DNA from: Chlorokybus atmophyticus
Lineage: Eukaryota > Plantae > Mesostigma and Chlorokybus algae
DNA: 64,000 nt
Assembly (NCBI GenBank): GCA_009103225.1
Contig: RHPI01002069.1
Coordinates: forward strand, 583,378 to 647,377
Direction of reading: 5' to 3'
The position numbers and the translations under genes are program-made. Shown piece by piece: positions 1 to 12,149 of this stretch; within the stretch, counting starts at the first letter, position 1, and each line of letters opens with the position of its first letter. Below the pieces are notes generated by a model. It saw only the letters and a program-made list of their open reading frames with translations, was not told the origin of the DNA and ran no database searches.

Positions 1-383
1 CGGCGTGAGAGAGATGGTGTGAGTCACGCCATCTCTGTCTATTGTGCTGTACCAACACTCAGCAGGGCCACTTTCCGCGCTAAACATAATGCACCTGGAA
101 GCACTGAATCCGTGCAGTAGCTTTGCAAGTGAATTGTGGTAACAACTTACGACTTACTGCACTGCACTGCGTTGCACTTACCAGCTGCAGCTGCCCCAGC
201 AGCAGAGTCAACCCGCTGCTGCTTCTGTTGCTGCTGCGCTGCTGCTGCTATTGCTGCTGAGTGTCGCCGGGCAGCCGGACGACGAGGGAGACGTAGCTGC
301 CCAGAGACAATGCTCACCGCAGGCACTGTAGCAGCGCCGCAAGCCGACGCCGACACCGACGCCGTCGCTGCAGTCGCCCACAT
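1..383 (-). CDS. 5' exons of a gene running off the window start; Ala/Ser/Arg-rich plastid-transit-like N-terminus, product unknown
   Basis: ATG at 383 gives MWATAATASVSASACGAATVPAVSIVSGQLRLPRRPAARR...; GTAAGT donor at 181; a second exon (~95-53) reads ALCLARKVALLSV. Head-to-head with the PPR gene. Confidence 0.45.
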
Positions 384-560
384 GCCTCCCCCCTCACTCC
401 CGCCCTGCCGCCGCCGCCAAGGAGAGCAATTGTGCTGAGCATGTGTCCGGACGTGTTGTGCGAGCCTGCTGGTCGTCGGCGGCGGCGGAGGCGGGGGAGG
501 TGGGGCAGGAGGAGGAGGGGGAGGAGGAGGAGGAGAGGGTGCGGTAAGGTGCGGGCCGGC

Positions 561-3330
561 ATGGCGTTGAGGCTGCTGGCTGCGGCAGCTGGGAGGCGAG
601 GAGCGGGCGCAGCGACTGCAGGTAAAAGCTTGCTGCCGGTCGGCAACAGGGGTCCGCTGTTGGTGTATGTGCAAAGTAGCTAGCATTACGCACATAGTAG
701 TCGTTCAAGCGCTGATACTGTTAGGCCGTGGAACCGCGCAATAGCTATTTATAATTGGTTTCGTTACCCAAGTTTGCTAGCCAATGCGAACCAACTGCAG
801 CTTCGCATGCAAATCTGCTTCACAACAGTTTATTGGACGTACAGCAGCGAGCTTGCCGTTGCAAAACGCATGCACCTTCGCATGCACATTTGCATTTGAA
901 CAATCTTATTAGACATAAAGCAGCTGAGTTGTGATGATTTTAACCAAGGACTGGCCTTCTCGCTTGGCTTGCAGGTGACTGATTGCTGTTCACTCAGTCG
1001 TTGTATGCTGCGACTTGTTCCAGTCACATATCATTGCATGGCTGTCAGCAGGGCTGAATGGTACGGTAGAGGCGTTATGGCAGCGGGGACTACCAGCTGC
1101 TGTTGTTGCAGCATTGCAAACAAGCACGAGCAGCAGCACCAGCAGCAGCAGCTATGCTACGGAGGCATGGCGCAATGTGCAGATCTCAAGGCCATACAAC
1201 ATCCACGAGTACAACCAGCGCATTTTCTACCTCTCTCGTCAAAAGATGTGAGAGCAGCAGAGACCTGCCCATGTCAATGGTGAGACAACGGCTGCTGATG
1301 GTTGTTCCTCCACCTTTGCAGGGCTTATCTCATGGTGGACGTAGTGCGGGACATGATGGCCGATGGCGTGACGCCCACGCGCGACACTTTCCACATGTGC
1401 ATCGCAGCTTGCATGCGCGCGGGCCGACTGCAGGAAGTGTTCTACTATTTCGACTTGATGAAGCGCCTGGCGCTCACGCCGGATGTGAGTGCTGCTTATG
1501 AGCACACACGCTATGCTTGCATCACAGCACCAGTAATATTCTAATGGCCATATCAAAAACTGACCACCTGTTTGGTGTGCTGGCGCTTCAGCTGATCCTA
1601 TACAACACGGTGATGAGTGCCTGCGCCAAAGCTCGCCAGCCAGATGCTGCTTTCCAGGTACTGATTGCAATCAGCTTTCGTCAAGGGAGTCATTGTGCTG
1701 TCCGGTGACTGACTGTGTTTTCATTGCCCACCATAGGTTTTTGAGGAGATCTTACGCTCAGGGCAGAAACCAACAGTCAGGTCGTACACGTCGCTACTGA
1801 GTGCGTGCGCAATAAGCGGAAGCGTGCAAAAGGCGTAAGTGGTCTTTGATGAAATTCTACCAGTTTCCTGCAGCTCATGAGATGGTGTTATAGCGGACGG
1901 AGAAGAGCCTATGACCTGTGTGCACGTGCAGCGAAGAAGTCATGGACTGGATGCGCAACGATGGCTTTCCAACAAACCTGTTCCATATCTCGGTGATGAT
2001 GCTCGCATACGCAAACGAACGACCTTCCCGCTCGGATGCCGTTCCAAGGGTAATTTCATAGCATGCAACAGCCTGTTAGGCACAATGCCGAAGTGCACAT
2101 ACAGCACACGTGTGCATGCAGGCAGGCAGGCAGGCAGGCAATCCTTTTGGCAATTTAACTGTGACTGGATTTGCAGTTACAAGGACAGTGTTGTGTCTGT
2201 AGCGTAGCCAGTAGTTGAGTCCGCTTTTACGCAGGTGTTCAAGTTACTTGAGCAAGCGCAGCAGATTCAAGCTGACGAGTTGGACACTGGCGATGCGCAG
2301 CAAGATGATGCTGAGTTGACCAGAGATGAGTTCGACGGCGAGGAGAAATACACCAGCAAATTCAACATGACCTTGCTGTACAACAGAGCTTTGCAGACGT
2401 GTACAGAATTGCGCAACCATCAGGTAAGCAGTAACTAGACAAAGTATAGTACTCCACTTCTGCTCCTACCAAGTTTGCCCTTCGTAATATGCATTCTTTT
2501 TGTTGCTTGATGGGATGCAGGCTGTTCTCCAGCTTATAGAGGACATGGACAAGAACGGCATTGCCAAGGATGGGACGACGTACCATGCACTAACGAGGTC
2601 GTACATGCACAATGGAGAGTACGACGCAGCAATTGCCGCGTTTGAGAGCTTCAGAGGCACCCGCTACATTCCTTCTCTGGACCTGTGCACGCGCCTCTTG
2701 CGGCGCGGGCTCGTGCTCAACACGCCCTCGAGCCTTGCGGGCTGCGAGACGGTCATGAAGGCGATGCAGGAGGTCCAATACTTTCTGAATGTTGGAGACG
2801 GCACCGACATCCTGGAGGCCGCGTGCACCGCCAATGCTGATGCGGTTGCCGACACCGTCTGGAAGCTGCTGAGGTCCCGAAAACGGTTCCCTCGCCAGAT
2901 CGCTTGCAGCAAGTACTACACCAGATTGCAGGTCAGAGCAATACACATGCAGACTGTTGCATGTTACATCTCTCTCACGTGTCTGTTGTTTGCTGGCAAT
3001 GGCTTGTTAGGTTGCACTTCTGGCCGCTTCCACAGGGCCAAGTCAAGATTGTTAACAGTTTTGTGTGTGCATCAGGAGCGTGGAGAGGCCGATGAGGAGC
3101 TGCTCGAGGAGGTGGAGAAGGCCACGCTTCACTCTCATCGCAGGATGTACAGCAGCACTGGGCAAGAGAAGGGTCCCGGTGATGAGGCGGAGCCTTCAGG
3201 ACAACACGATGATGCAGCGCAAGGCAGCGAGAGCAGTCAACCTGATCAAACAAAAAATGAACCAGTAGTAGAGTCTGATGCTGGGCATCAGGCTGATGAG
3301 CGTTCTGAGACAGTTGCCAGTCAACAATAA
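561..3330 (+). CDS. Mitochondrial P-class pentatricopeptide repeat protein, At4g35850-like (multi-exon)
   Basis: Presequence MALRLLAAAAGRRGAG (donor at 622). Spliced exons read NIHEYNQRIFYLSRQK / AYLMVDVVRDMMADGVTPTRDTFHMCIAACMRAGRL / LILYNTVMSACAKARQPDAAFQ / KPTVRSYTSLLSACAISG / DGTTYHALTRSYMHNGEYDAAI, which follow my recollection of At4g35850 collinearly. TAA at 3330. Confidence 0.85.
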
Positions 3331-4213
3331 GTGCGTCCTGCGTTGTGCAGCTTCTGTGCGCTTGGGTGAAGTGTCGAGTTTCACAAGTGCGCTGGCGTTC
3401 TCCTGTGAGGTAGCCATACTGATCTGGGACTCAGCGCTAGATAGGCCGTCAACATGACGTTTCATGGCATGCACTTAATGAAGTAGGTTATGTGGGTAGG
3501 CAATTCACAACCTTGGCAGCGACCCAAGCACAATCAAAAACGGGTGCAGCAAGCCCTAATCTCAACGTTTAAGGTTAGGGAGATTGGGAATGCGAGCATA
3601 GTTCAGGTGTCCTACTATAGTCACAGTCCCCAACCCCACCACCGACAACAACGCCAGCAGCGACAATACCAGTGACAAGCAGCGCACATGTATGCACAGT
3701 ACAACAGTGCTGGCCACCGCCATCAAGGCATCGGTGTTAGTTGTGGGGTGTACAAAGCGCGGAGGCTGCCATCCAAGCACAACAGCTGCCTGCCGACGCG
3801 CATCAAAGGCTGTAAGCAGGCGCTATATTTAACGAACACGCAGCGTCGTATTCGCAGGTTTGCAGTGCCTAGTATCGTCAACAACAACTTGCCGCACACA
3901 CTCACACTTGCAGTGCATGTGACATGCACACTACTCGAGCATGCACCCAGCTGACACCAAGAAAGAAACTTCTTTGTGTCGTTTGATTACTAGACAGCTC
4001 ATGGGCAAACAACCACTTGAGGCGCATAGGAGACATCACAAGTCCACGACAAGGAGCAGCTGAGTGTCCCAGCGAACTAGATTGAAACTATGTTAACATC
4101 ACCAAACATCAATGCTACAACTACGCAAGCAAAAAACAGCCTAACAGCAGCAAAACCCAACCTAAACAATGTGCTTGCAAGCGCACCAACGGCTGGAGGA
4201 TAGTGGGTAAAGT

Positions 4214-5871
4214 CTACCTCAATGCTGGTGCTTCTTTGGTCGCTTCATTACCAAAAGACGCCAGAGTTGGGGAGTAGAATGGCACAACGCACACCGATGA
4301 CTTATACTTGCCGATAGACTTGTTGTTTGGGTCCTGAATCCAGTGAGCCATCCAGCTCAGGTTAGCGAAGACAAGCAAGGTGCTTGCCAAAATCAGGGAC
4401 ACATTATCAAAGACTTACATCTCCAAAGCGCGTGCTGTACGTGACGTAAACCAGAGCATTGTGCTTCTTATCAAACACCTGCCAGCCCCACGCGGTGTAA
4501 GCAAGTGCACTGTGGTGCGATTTGATCTGGCCACACGCAACACAATAACATGCATACCCGACGGACGTGGATGGACTTGAAGTTCATGAAGTTTTTGTTG
4601 TCTTCATAAACTTCCTGAGGAGGATTGCGAGTGCAGACTTAGAAAGCACACACGTGCACACGCACGCACATACTTACACGGGGCAAGCGCAAGCCGCTCT
4701 ATGCTGCTACTCTGAATCTTGTAGAGCTTACCTCCCCATCACCACCGCGCAGATTGCCGGTCACGTGCATTGGTCCTGTCTGAGCACAGGACAAAGAGGC
4801 CTGCCCACCAACAACATACGCGTTGCACACGGATCGGAATGACATGTGATGCAAGTTGCATCATGCAATTGGTATTGGAACCAGTAAACAAAGACTGGCT
4901 GCATTGACGCAGCAGCAAGATGCTATGAGCCTGAGTACAAATGCAAGTCACAGTCAACCGTAGCAATCCCATCTTTAGGTTTGAACAGACTGCTTACTTG
5001 GCTGGGCTCATTGAAGAAGTCTTTTGACAGCTTGTCCATGAGGTTGCGCTTGAAATCTGACAGATAGATCGTCACACCTTCAACCTGGCAACCATTCCGC
5101 ATCAGCACTATTTGTGCGCAAAAGGTTACGTGACGTCGCCACGTTACTGGTGCAACGCCTGATTGGCTCTCTAAATTTCACACTTCAAATCACATAAGCG
5201 CATGCAACTGCGGGCATGCAACACTCGCCTTGGGATCTTCGATGGAGACCACCTCGATGCTGTCCCTGAATATCAACCCGCTGCCAGCGAACTCAGCAAC
5301 CTGAGTAAACACGTAAGCATTACCGTCAGTAACAAGCCCACAAGCATGACTTATAACCCATGTGCCTGTGAAAGTAGAATGAGCTTCCCGTGCAAAGCAC
5401 CTAACGACCAGTGCATGCCAATGGGCAACACATGGGCCAGCGACAAGGACTGCCATGTATTGCTGTAATCAGAGTATCATGAAAGGAATGCATAAGTTAG
5501 CAAGTTTGCTTATGTGGTCCTGCTTGTTCATGTAGGGCCGGCTGTTTCTGAGTACCACATGGCACGGGTGCGAGGAAGAGGACAAAGTGCACACCGGGCG
5601 CAACTACCTTCTCAACAGCAAAGGCGGGGTGAGCGGTCACCATTAAAGCTCCTGCAGCTGCCACAGCCGCTGCAGCTGCCTTGCGTACAGCCACCCCTGT
5701 GCTGCTGCTGCTGTTGGCGGAACAGGACACAGTGCAGAGCCCTCTCTGCAGCTTCGGCGCAGCTGCGGCGGCATTGTGCCGGCTACGAAGCGACGAAGGC
5801 GATGGCGATGGCGAGCATGAGGACGGCAACGTCACTACCCGCAACAAGGACGCCGACGCCGCCGACGCCAT
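4214..5871 (-). CDS. CreA-family protein with plastid transit peptide (multi-exon)
   Basis: Transit peptide MASAASASLLRVV...TAHPAFA, then exons VAEFAGSGLIFRDSIEVVSIEDPK / VEGVTIYLSDFKRNLMDKLSKDFFNEPSQ / ASLSCAQTGPM / EVYEDNKNFMNFKSIHVRR / VFDKKHNALVYVTYSTRFGD / KYKSSVCVVP. These parallel bacterial CreA (VEAFDDPDVKNVTCY...AISCQQVGP...KSLQVVRFYD...AISAVP). Confidence 0.8.
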
Positions 5872-7508
5872 CGCACTGCAGGCGGAGACGAAGCGGACTG
5901 TCGCTCTGCATGCTGAGCCGAAGCTTGCTAGCGTGGTGGTACACTGCAGGACGATCGTAGCCGTCAAGTGTCGGGTAATGCACGCCACGCGTACGTCTAC
6001 AAAAGCCGCCACATGTGCAATTGGCACTGTATTACACTGTTAAACAGCGTGTGGTGTAGACCTTGCAACATGCTGATGAGACCTACAGTGCGTGCTACTA
6101 TATAGGCTATTTATGCAAGCTGAGGCACATGCAAGTTGCATGCCACACAAGTTGTGACACAACTTCAAGAAACAATCATTGATGATTGCATGCAAGTTAT
6201 AAAACTTTAGTGCATGCAATTTTATGCTTGTCATTCATGCTTGTTGTGTACAATAGCCATTATTATTGCGTAGTATTATGCTCCGATGTATGTAGTTAAA
6301 TTTAATTGCTTGTGGTGTGCTGGCTTGGTTTTAAGTGCAAATGCATCCACATGGTTGCGCATGTGTGGCACAACCTATTCAATAAATGCGTTATTGCACG
6401 AGTATCATAACATAATATAAGAGTTGTTGAATAGCAAACACGCAACGAGGGCCGAATGCAAGCAACATGCATATGTGCATGCATGTAATACAACGTTATG
6501 TGAGTGTGATAGCTACACTACTGCTATTATATGAACATTCATTATTGCAATCGTAAAGATTGTGATATGAAACATCACATATTGCAATTGATCCGTGCAC
6601 ATGCTTATTGATACCGATGCCATGTAAGATGTAGAGGTAGAATTGGTTGCGCCTTATTTGTAACCGTTGCGATTATGTATGCCAATTATTGTAATTATGC
6701 ACGCACAACTTCTGTGCTATGATCATCTACCATGCACAAGTTGCCAACACATTGTGCACAATAGGTGGTATGTATCATTGAGGGTATTGCCATAAGCCCT
6801 TCAAGTTGATGTCATTGATTTTGAGCAGGTGAACAATCAACAAGGTCAACAACTGTCGATTAAAGTGTTACTGTTGAAGATACATAGCCACCAAAAGCAC
6901 GGTTCATAGCTGCGGCCTATACATTGATACCGAACAGCAAGCAACCTCAGTCCATTGGCATAACACGTAGCCATGGCCACCACTCAAGCCGAAAGCTGGA
7001 ACATGTACACCACAACCTTTAGCGGAAATACTCAACTACACACATATAACTTGTTCGTACATGGAGCAGGCGATGCCCTTAAAAAAATAAGTGATCAACA
7101 TCCCTATGGGAAACAGTGTGGGAGCTTAATTGTTCAATGAACTTTTGTACATGTTTGAGTTCGATCTCATCCTTATGTTGCTACAAGTTGTGTAGATTTA
7201 ATTGCTGCGTTTGCTAATAACATAGTGCGTTATGTTGATGTTGTCTTTTGTATGAATGTTCCCGATTCGCAACAAATCATGTATCAAGGAGACAACGTGT
7301 TTACAGAAGGTATGTGTCCGAATGATATGTTACAACTCACGTTGACACAGCAAGGTCCTGCGATGCCGTCTTGAGATTTGCAAGTCTTTCAGCATGCTAG
7401 CATAGGTTTGTGCACAACATCATATTTCAAGCAGTCGTTACCAGCGTTTGCAAACATACCGGTTCGCTGTGCACTACATCTCGAGTCAAACTTGAACAAG
7501 CAGGGCAA

Positions 7509-9220
7509 ACATGGTGTGGTGTGGACGCAGTGCATACGTTTTAGGCGGTTATGCACACTCAAGTCAGCCTTCTTAACAGCTATGGGCATGTTGATCAACG
7601 CATGCGCTCAGAAGGTCACAGTCTGCGCCAGTTACTCAAGCTCTTATAAGCGCGTTTGTTTAATTGCAATGAATTGTGGTATGGTTGGTCCGCACGCTTT
7701 ATGTATCATGCTATCCTTCGTGCAGCAAGAACATGAGGGGAGCGTGAAAACGCCCTTATATGGGTGTTTCAATAAACGCCTCCAATGCTTGGACATGTGC
7801 CAACCTGTATGTGGGCTGTTGCTACTGCACAGGCTTTTTTAATTGCAAAGGCGCACACGCACAAGCACACAACAAACGACACCCCTGCATGTATGACTCT
7901 TGCATTGCTGTTGACAAATTGCTCGGCCGCTTGCTCTTGCTCATGTCCTGCTGACTAGCTACTTGTGCACTTGCTCTGGCTCTTGCTCTGGCACTGCACT
8001 CTCGGGTACTTGCATGCTACTGCCTGCTACTAGCAAGCAATGCGACTCCCAAGTTGTGCCAGCGCGCGAACCCTAAACTTGGTTGAAAAGGCTCCACTGC
8101 CCAGTGGGTAACTGGCAGTAGCACGTTGCCCCTGTTTGGGACGTTGATAACTGTGGCGCTGCTCACACAGGTACGGCACTGTTGACTTGGTCGTGCTAGC
8201 TTGTGGGTGGTGCTGCTCTGGGGCCCAGCGCACTGCTTCTTTTATTGCTGCTCTTATTTGCAGCTCTTCGTGCTGTTTGCACGTCCAATTCTGACTTGGT
8301 TGTTTGCCTACCTTGCCTGCCGTTCATCACCTACTGTGTGCTCGTGTGTACAAAAGAATGTCGACGGAATCAACTGCATGCAATGCATGCTTTGCACATA
8401 CACACAGCATGCATGACATGCATCACACACGCATAGGCAACAACAGCACTCAGTTCAGCAATCGCCACCGGGCTACTTTATTACCTCCATCTACCTCTGT
8501 GTGCATTAACTTTGATGTCCTGCTACTGTATTTGCCTATACATCATAAATGACGTTTTGCCATCAATGGTTATGCCTTTTGTGAACAAGTACCTGCTGTA
8601 CTTTTATACAACAATGCAAATCCTTTATTAAAACTGCATGTGTAGCCACAATAACACCAATAAAGGGTGCCTCAAGGGAAGGTACGGGCCCTGTTCTCTA
8701 GTCACATCTTGCTTGCTTCACTAGTTACTTCTCTACCTGATTCTCTAGTTGTCTGTGGCTTCTCTGTTACATTTCGCTTGCTTTGTGCTTCATTCTCTAT
8801 GTGCTACACCTTGTAATTGGCGATCATTCAAGTAACATGCTACCTGTTGTGTATGACAACAAGCTGTGACTCCATGCAAAACCCGCAACCTGTGCAACAA
8901 CGGTACGTACTCGTAGCATAGCATGGCACAAATTACTGCAAATGCTCAAGCAGCTAGCATGCATGAGGAGGAGCATACGCCATGTATTAATGTGGTCCAT
9001 GTCATACGCGTAGATGGTATGCATGCAGACACAAAAGGGATGGGAAGCTCCATGCGTGTGCACTCGCTTGGCAGCGATCCCATAACTTGACATTGCAGAA
9101 CTGTACAGCAGCCAGCTTACTTTTGTAAACGAGCTAGACAAAAGCTAACCAACTCAGCATACCCTGTGGTCAAGCAATGTGACACTAAAGTATTGACTGC
9201 AGATCAGCATCCTGGCGAGC
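7509..9220. repeat. Left copy of a long direct repeat (partner 20135-22248); ends with the last ~11 codons and stop of SNU114
   Basis: Collinear, with roughly 90-95% identity by eye, from acatggtgtggtgtgg to gtattgactgcagatcagc[a/g]tcctggcgagc. Confidence 0.92.
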
Positions 9221-9229
9221 AATAGCTGG

Positions 9230-9580
9230 TCACAAGCTAGCTTGTGGGACTGCAATGGTAGTCAGTGCTTAGCTTAGCTACTTGGCCTGTTGCAGCTAGC
9301 TTGCGGGGCGACAGGCTAACGCCGGTAGCTTCAGTCAGTGTAGTGCTTAGCTTAGCTTCCTGGGCGGTAGCTACAGTCAGTAGTGCTTACCTCAGCTTGC
9401 GCGGTGGTAGCTACAGTAGTGCTTACTTCAGCTTCCGTGGCGGTGGCTACAGTCAGCAGTGCTTAGCATGGCTTGCGGGGCGGTAGCGCCAATAGTGCTT
9501 AGCTTAGCTTGCGGGATGGCGGGGGCGGGGGCGGAAGCTGCATTGGCATGTTACAGCTAGCTTGCGGTTGCCGGTGGCGG
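9230..9580. repeat. Imperfect ~35-40 bp tandem array
   Basis: Repeated gcttagcttagctt...gcggtggtagctacagtcagtagt units starting right after the left direct repeat. Confidence 0.65.
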
Positions 9581-9800
9581 TCAGTGTACTGCCATGAAGT
9601 GGTCAGCTGAGCAGCAGCTGGGTAGAACTGACACTATCAAGCTAGAGAAAGCCATTTGTGAAGCGGTTGAACTGCTGAAAGAGGGCAGCAGTGCTGCAAC
9701 CACCATGCAGGGAGGGGGCTGCCAAAGTGAGTAGCACATCCACTTACTATTGGTTGCCACACATGCTTTGCTTTATTAGTCCCACACAAGTTCTATTCAT

Positions 9801-10083
9801 CTGATCAGTTGCCCCCAGCTGCAAGCATGTGCACTGTGCTCTCCTTTCAGCTGATCAGCTGCCCCCAGCTGCAAGCATGTGCACTGTGCTCTCCTTTCAG
9901 CTGATCAGTTGCCCCCAGCTGCAAGCATGTGCACTGTGCTCTCCTTTCAGCCGATCAGTTGCCCCCAGTTGTAAGCATGTGCACTGTGCTCTCCATTCAG
10001 CTGATCAGTTGCCCCCAGCTGCAAGCATGTGCATTGTGCTCTCCTTTCAGCTGATCAGTTGCCCCCAGCTGCAAGCATGTGCA
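9801..10083. repeat. 50-bp tandem repeat, ~5.7 copies
   Basis: Unit ctgatcagttgcccccagctgcaagcatgtgcactgtgctctcctttcag at 9801, 9851, 9901, 9951, 10001, and partial at 10051. Confidence 0.97.
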
Positions 10084-10321
10084 GCCAAGGAACAATCTTA
10101 CATTCCATTGATAGGGCTCTCCTTTTCCTGCTTTCTTGCCTTGTTCATAACGCAGTGAACGTGTATAGCTGGTCACTTGGCTTTTCTTGTTGCCATTAAG
10201 AGGCTAGCAAGACACATTGCAGGCACTGATGTGCAGTCCGACTGCTCAGTCACTTTCAATCAAGCGCGGGATCTCTTCTGAGCAACACTCTTCACTCAAC
10301 TCTTCTTGTTGCCTTTGAGAG

Positions 10322-10350
10322 GTTGAGCTAGTATTGCAGTTCTAGCTCAG
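10322..10350. repeat. Left palindromic boundary motif (consensus TGAGCTAGTACTGCAGTACTAGCTCA)
   Basis: gttgagctagtattgcagttctagctcag matches the reverse complement of 17533-17561 at 26/29 positions. Confidence 0.85.
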
Positions 10351-10417
10351 CAATTGATATTGTATGAAGCCACTACAGCAACATTAACTTCATAAGCAAT
10401 GTCCTAAAAAGCAGAGC

Positions 10418-12140
10418 TTGATTGTTCAGTCGCACTTACTCGACCGCAAAAGCTCATTTGAGCAGCATGCAGCTCAGGTTGAAAAGGAACACTTAGGTGA
10501 GTTCACCGATTGCAACATAATGCTAAGCAAAGTACATTGCCAAGCATGTACGTCTAACTCTTGTGTTCATCTATCAGCCGTGCAGTACAGCAATATGACA
10601 TGCAACGAGCTAAGGGCGGAATTCAAAGCCAAGAAAATTTGGTTCCAATGCAATCTACTCAAGGCGTTGTTGTTGAAGACGCTGTGCATAGCTCTGCAAT
10701 TACCTGTTTAAGAGCCAGGCCCTAGACGCTATGCAAAAGCTGATCCTGCATCCGGAGTTGAGTAGCGCAAGCGGCCCGCCGGTGCCGTAGAGATCCCAGC
10801 GTGCGCAATGCATATACAATGAGTGATCTGCACTATACAAGTGGGACTCTGCTCTTGCTTTGATATACCAGTTTGTATTGCACAGAGAAAGTCGATGTGT
10901 CATGGAAGATTGCATGCGCGCCTGAAAAGTTTGTAGTGATTTCTGCACAGCGCATATCAGGGAACGGAAGATGCAGGAGGACCCAAAGTAAGCCATGTGG
11001 TTATTATCCCATGTGTACTGATACGAGACAAGTTATGCTTATCATGATGTATGATCAGTTCCTGGAAATGCGCGGAGGCAGACTGCACCAACAAAGATAT
11101 GAAGGTCGTTTCATATTCTACCAGCACTATTTGGAGAAGTGGAGCCAGCGATGTCCTCAGTAAGCGAATACTACAGCACTGCAATGTCTCAGTTTGTCTT
11201 ATGATGTACTTAATGACGCGTGTGCTCAGAGAACGAGAATGTGAAATCGACCAATGTGACAAGCTCACCGTGAGAATAGATCTGCCCAAGTGCAAAGCAC
11301 ACAAGAACCCAGCAAGACCATGCCATACTTGTAATGGGACAATTCGTGAGGGTAGGGCTGGCCGAAAGTGCTGGAATTGCACATTTACAAAGATGGCACA
11401 AAAACGGTTCCCCGGGTGAGTGCTATGCAGACAATGCATACTTTATACCATGCGATGGCAAGGTATTTACTGTGGATGCATTGGCAGAATGGGACCAGCA
11501 GACGCTGTGGAGCTGGTGCGTAGATTGAACAAAAGCAAAATGGCAGAAAAGGGCAGGAAGCGAACCAGACATGTCTCTGTACTCCCTTTTTAGGAGATGA
11601 TGCGGATGCATTTGATCAGCCGTGCTGTAGATGCTTTAAGAATTAAAGAATTAGACGTCTACCCGTGGTGCCCAGGAAGGTGTTGGGGTCCTGGGTGTGC
11701 TCGAACGAAGACATTAAGGAGCGAATGGTTGAGCTCTTTGGAGAATGGGATGTAAGCATATACGAGATAGCTTACAGATTGCGGATGTTATGTAGGCTGA
11801 TGAGTGGTACAGTACACATTAAGTGACATATACCATGACTGCAGGGCCTTATCAGAGATGACAATTATCAGGAGCTTTGGGTTGCAGATCATTTTCCTCC
11901 TTTGGATTCTTTCGACTTGAGTGACGAAGAGCGGCAGAAGATAGCATTTTCATACAGGAATGTCTGGCCATGCCCTGATGCTTTCAACAGTTGGAAGGGC
12001 GCGAGAGTGATTCCGCCCATACCATGGCAGAATTTCTCAAGTGGCTTCGCACCCCTTTTCGGACCCTAAAAAAGAAGCGCAAGAACTCTGTGAAAAAGGC
12101 AGATATGAATGCCGCAAAAGAGTTGCTAGCTGCAACTTGA
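10418..12140 (+). pseudogene. Disrupted intron-containing gene: SAP/HeH-like motif + C-x4-C...C-x2-H zinc-finger repeats + HNH (His-Me finger) endonuclease
   Basis: YSNMTCNELRAEFKAKKIWFQCNLLKALLLKTLC (~10580-10690); RCVMEDCMRA*KVCSDFCTAH and ECEIDQCDKLTVRIDLPKCKAH; last exon GLIRDDNYQELWVADHFPPLDSFDLSDEERQKIAFSYRNVWPCPDAFNSWKGARV (~11845-12010). The last exon fits the large-DNA-virus/phage HNH pattern W.IDH..P..SFDL.D.EQ....F.Y.NLQPL....N..KG. Contains in-frame stops and a frameshift. Confidence 0.65.
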
Positions 12141-12149
12141 ACTCGATGT

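Noticed and set aside
5514-5960. Antisense and overlapping ORFs over GC-rich exons (also around 18463, 31475, 42431, 62227)
   Set aside because: Shadow ORFs of real coding exons or low-complexity sequence, with no independent motifs.
6790-7140. Protein-like decayed frame on the + strand in AT-rich DNA
   Set aside because: Interrupted by stops, with no recognisable family motif.
9801-10083. CRISPR-like array
   Set aside because: Head-to-tail units with no unique spacers, no cas genes, and a eukaryotic context.
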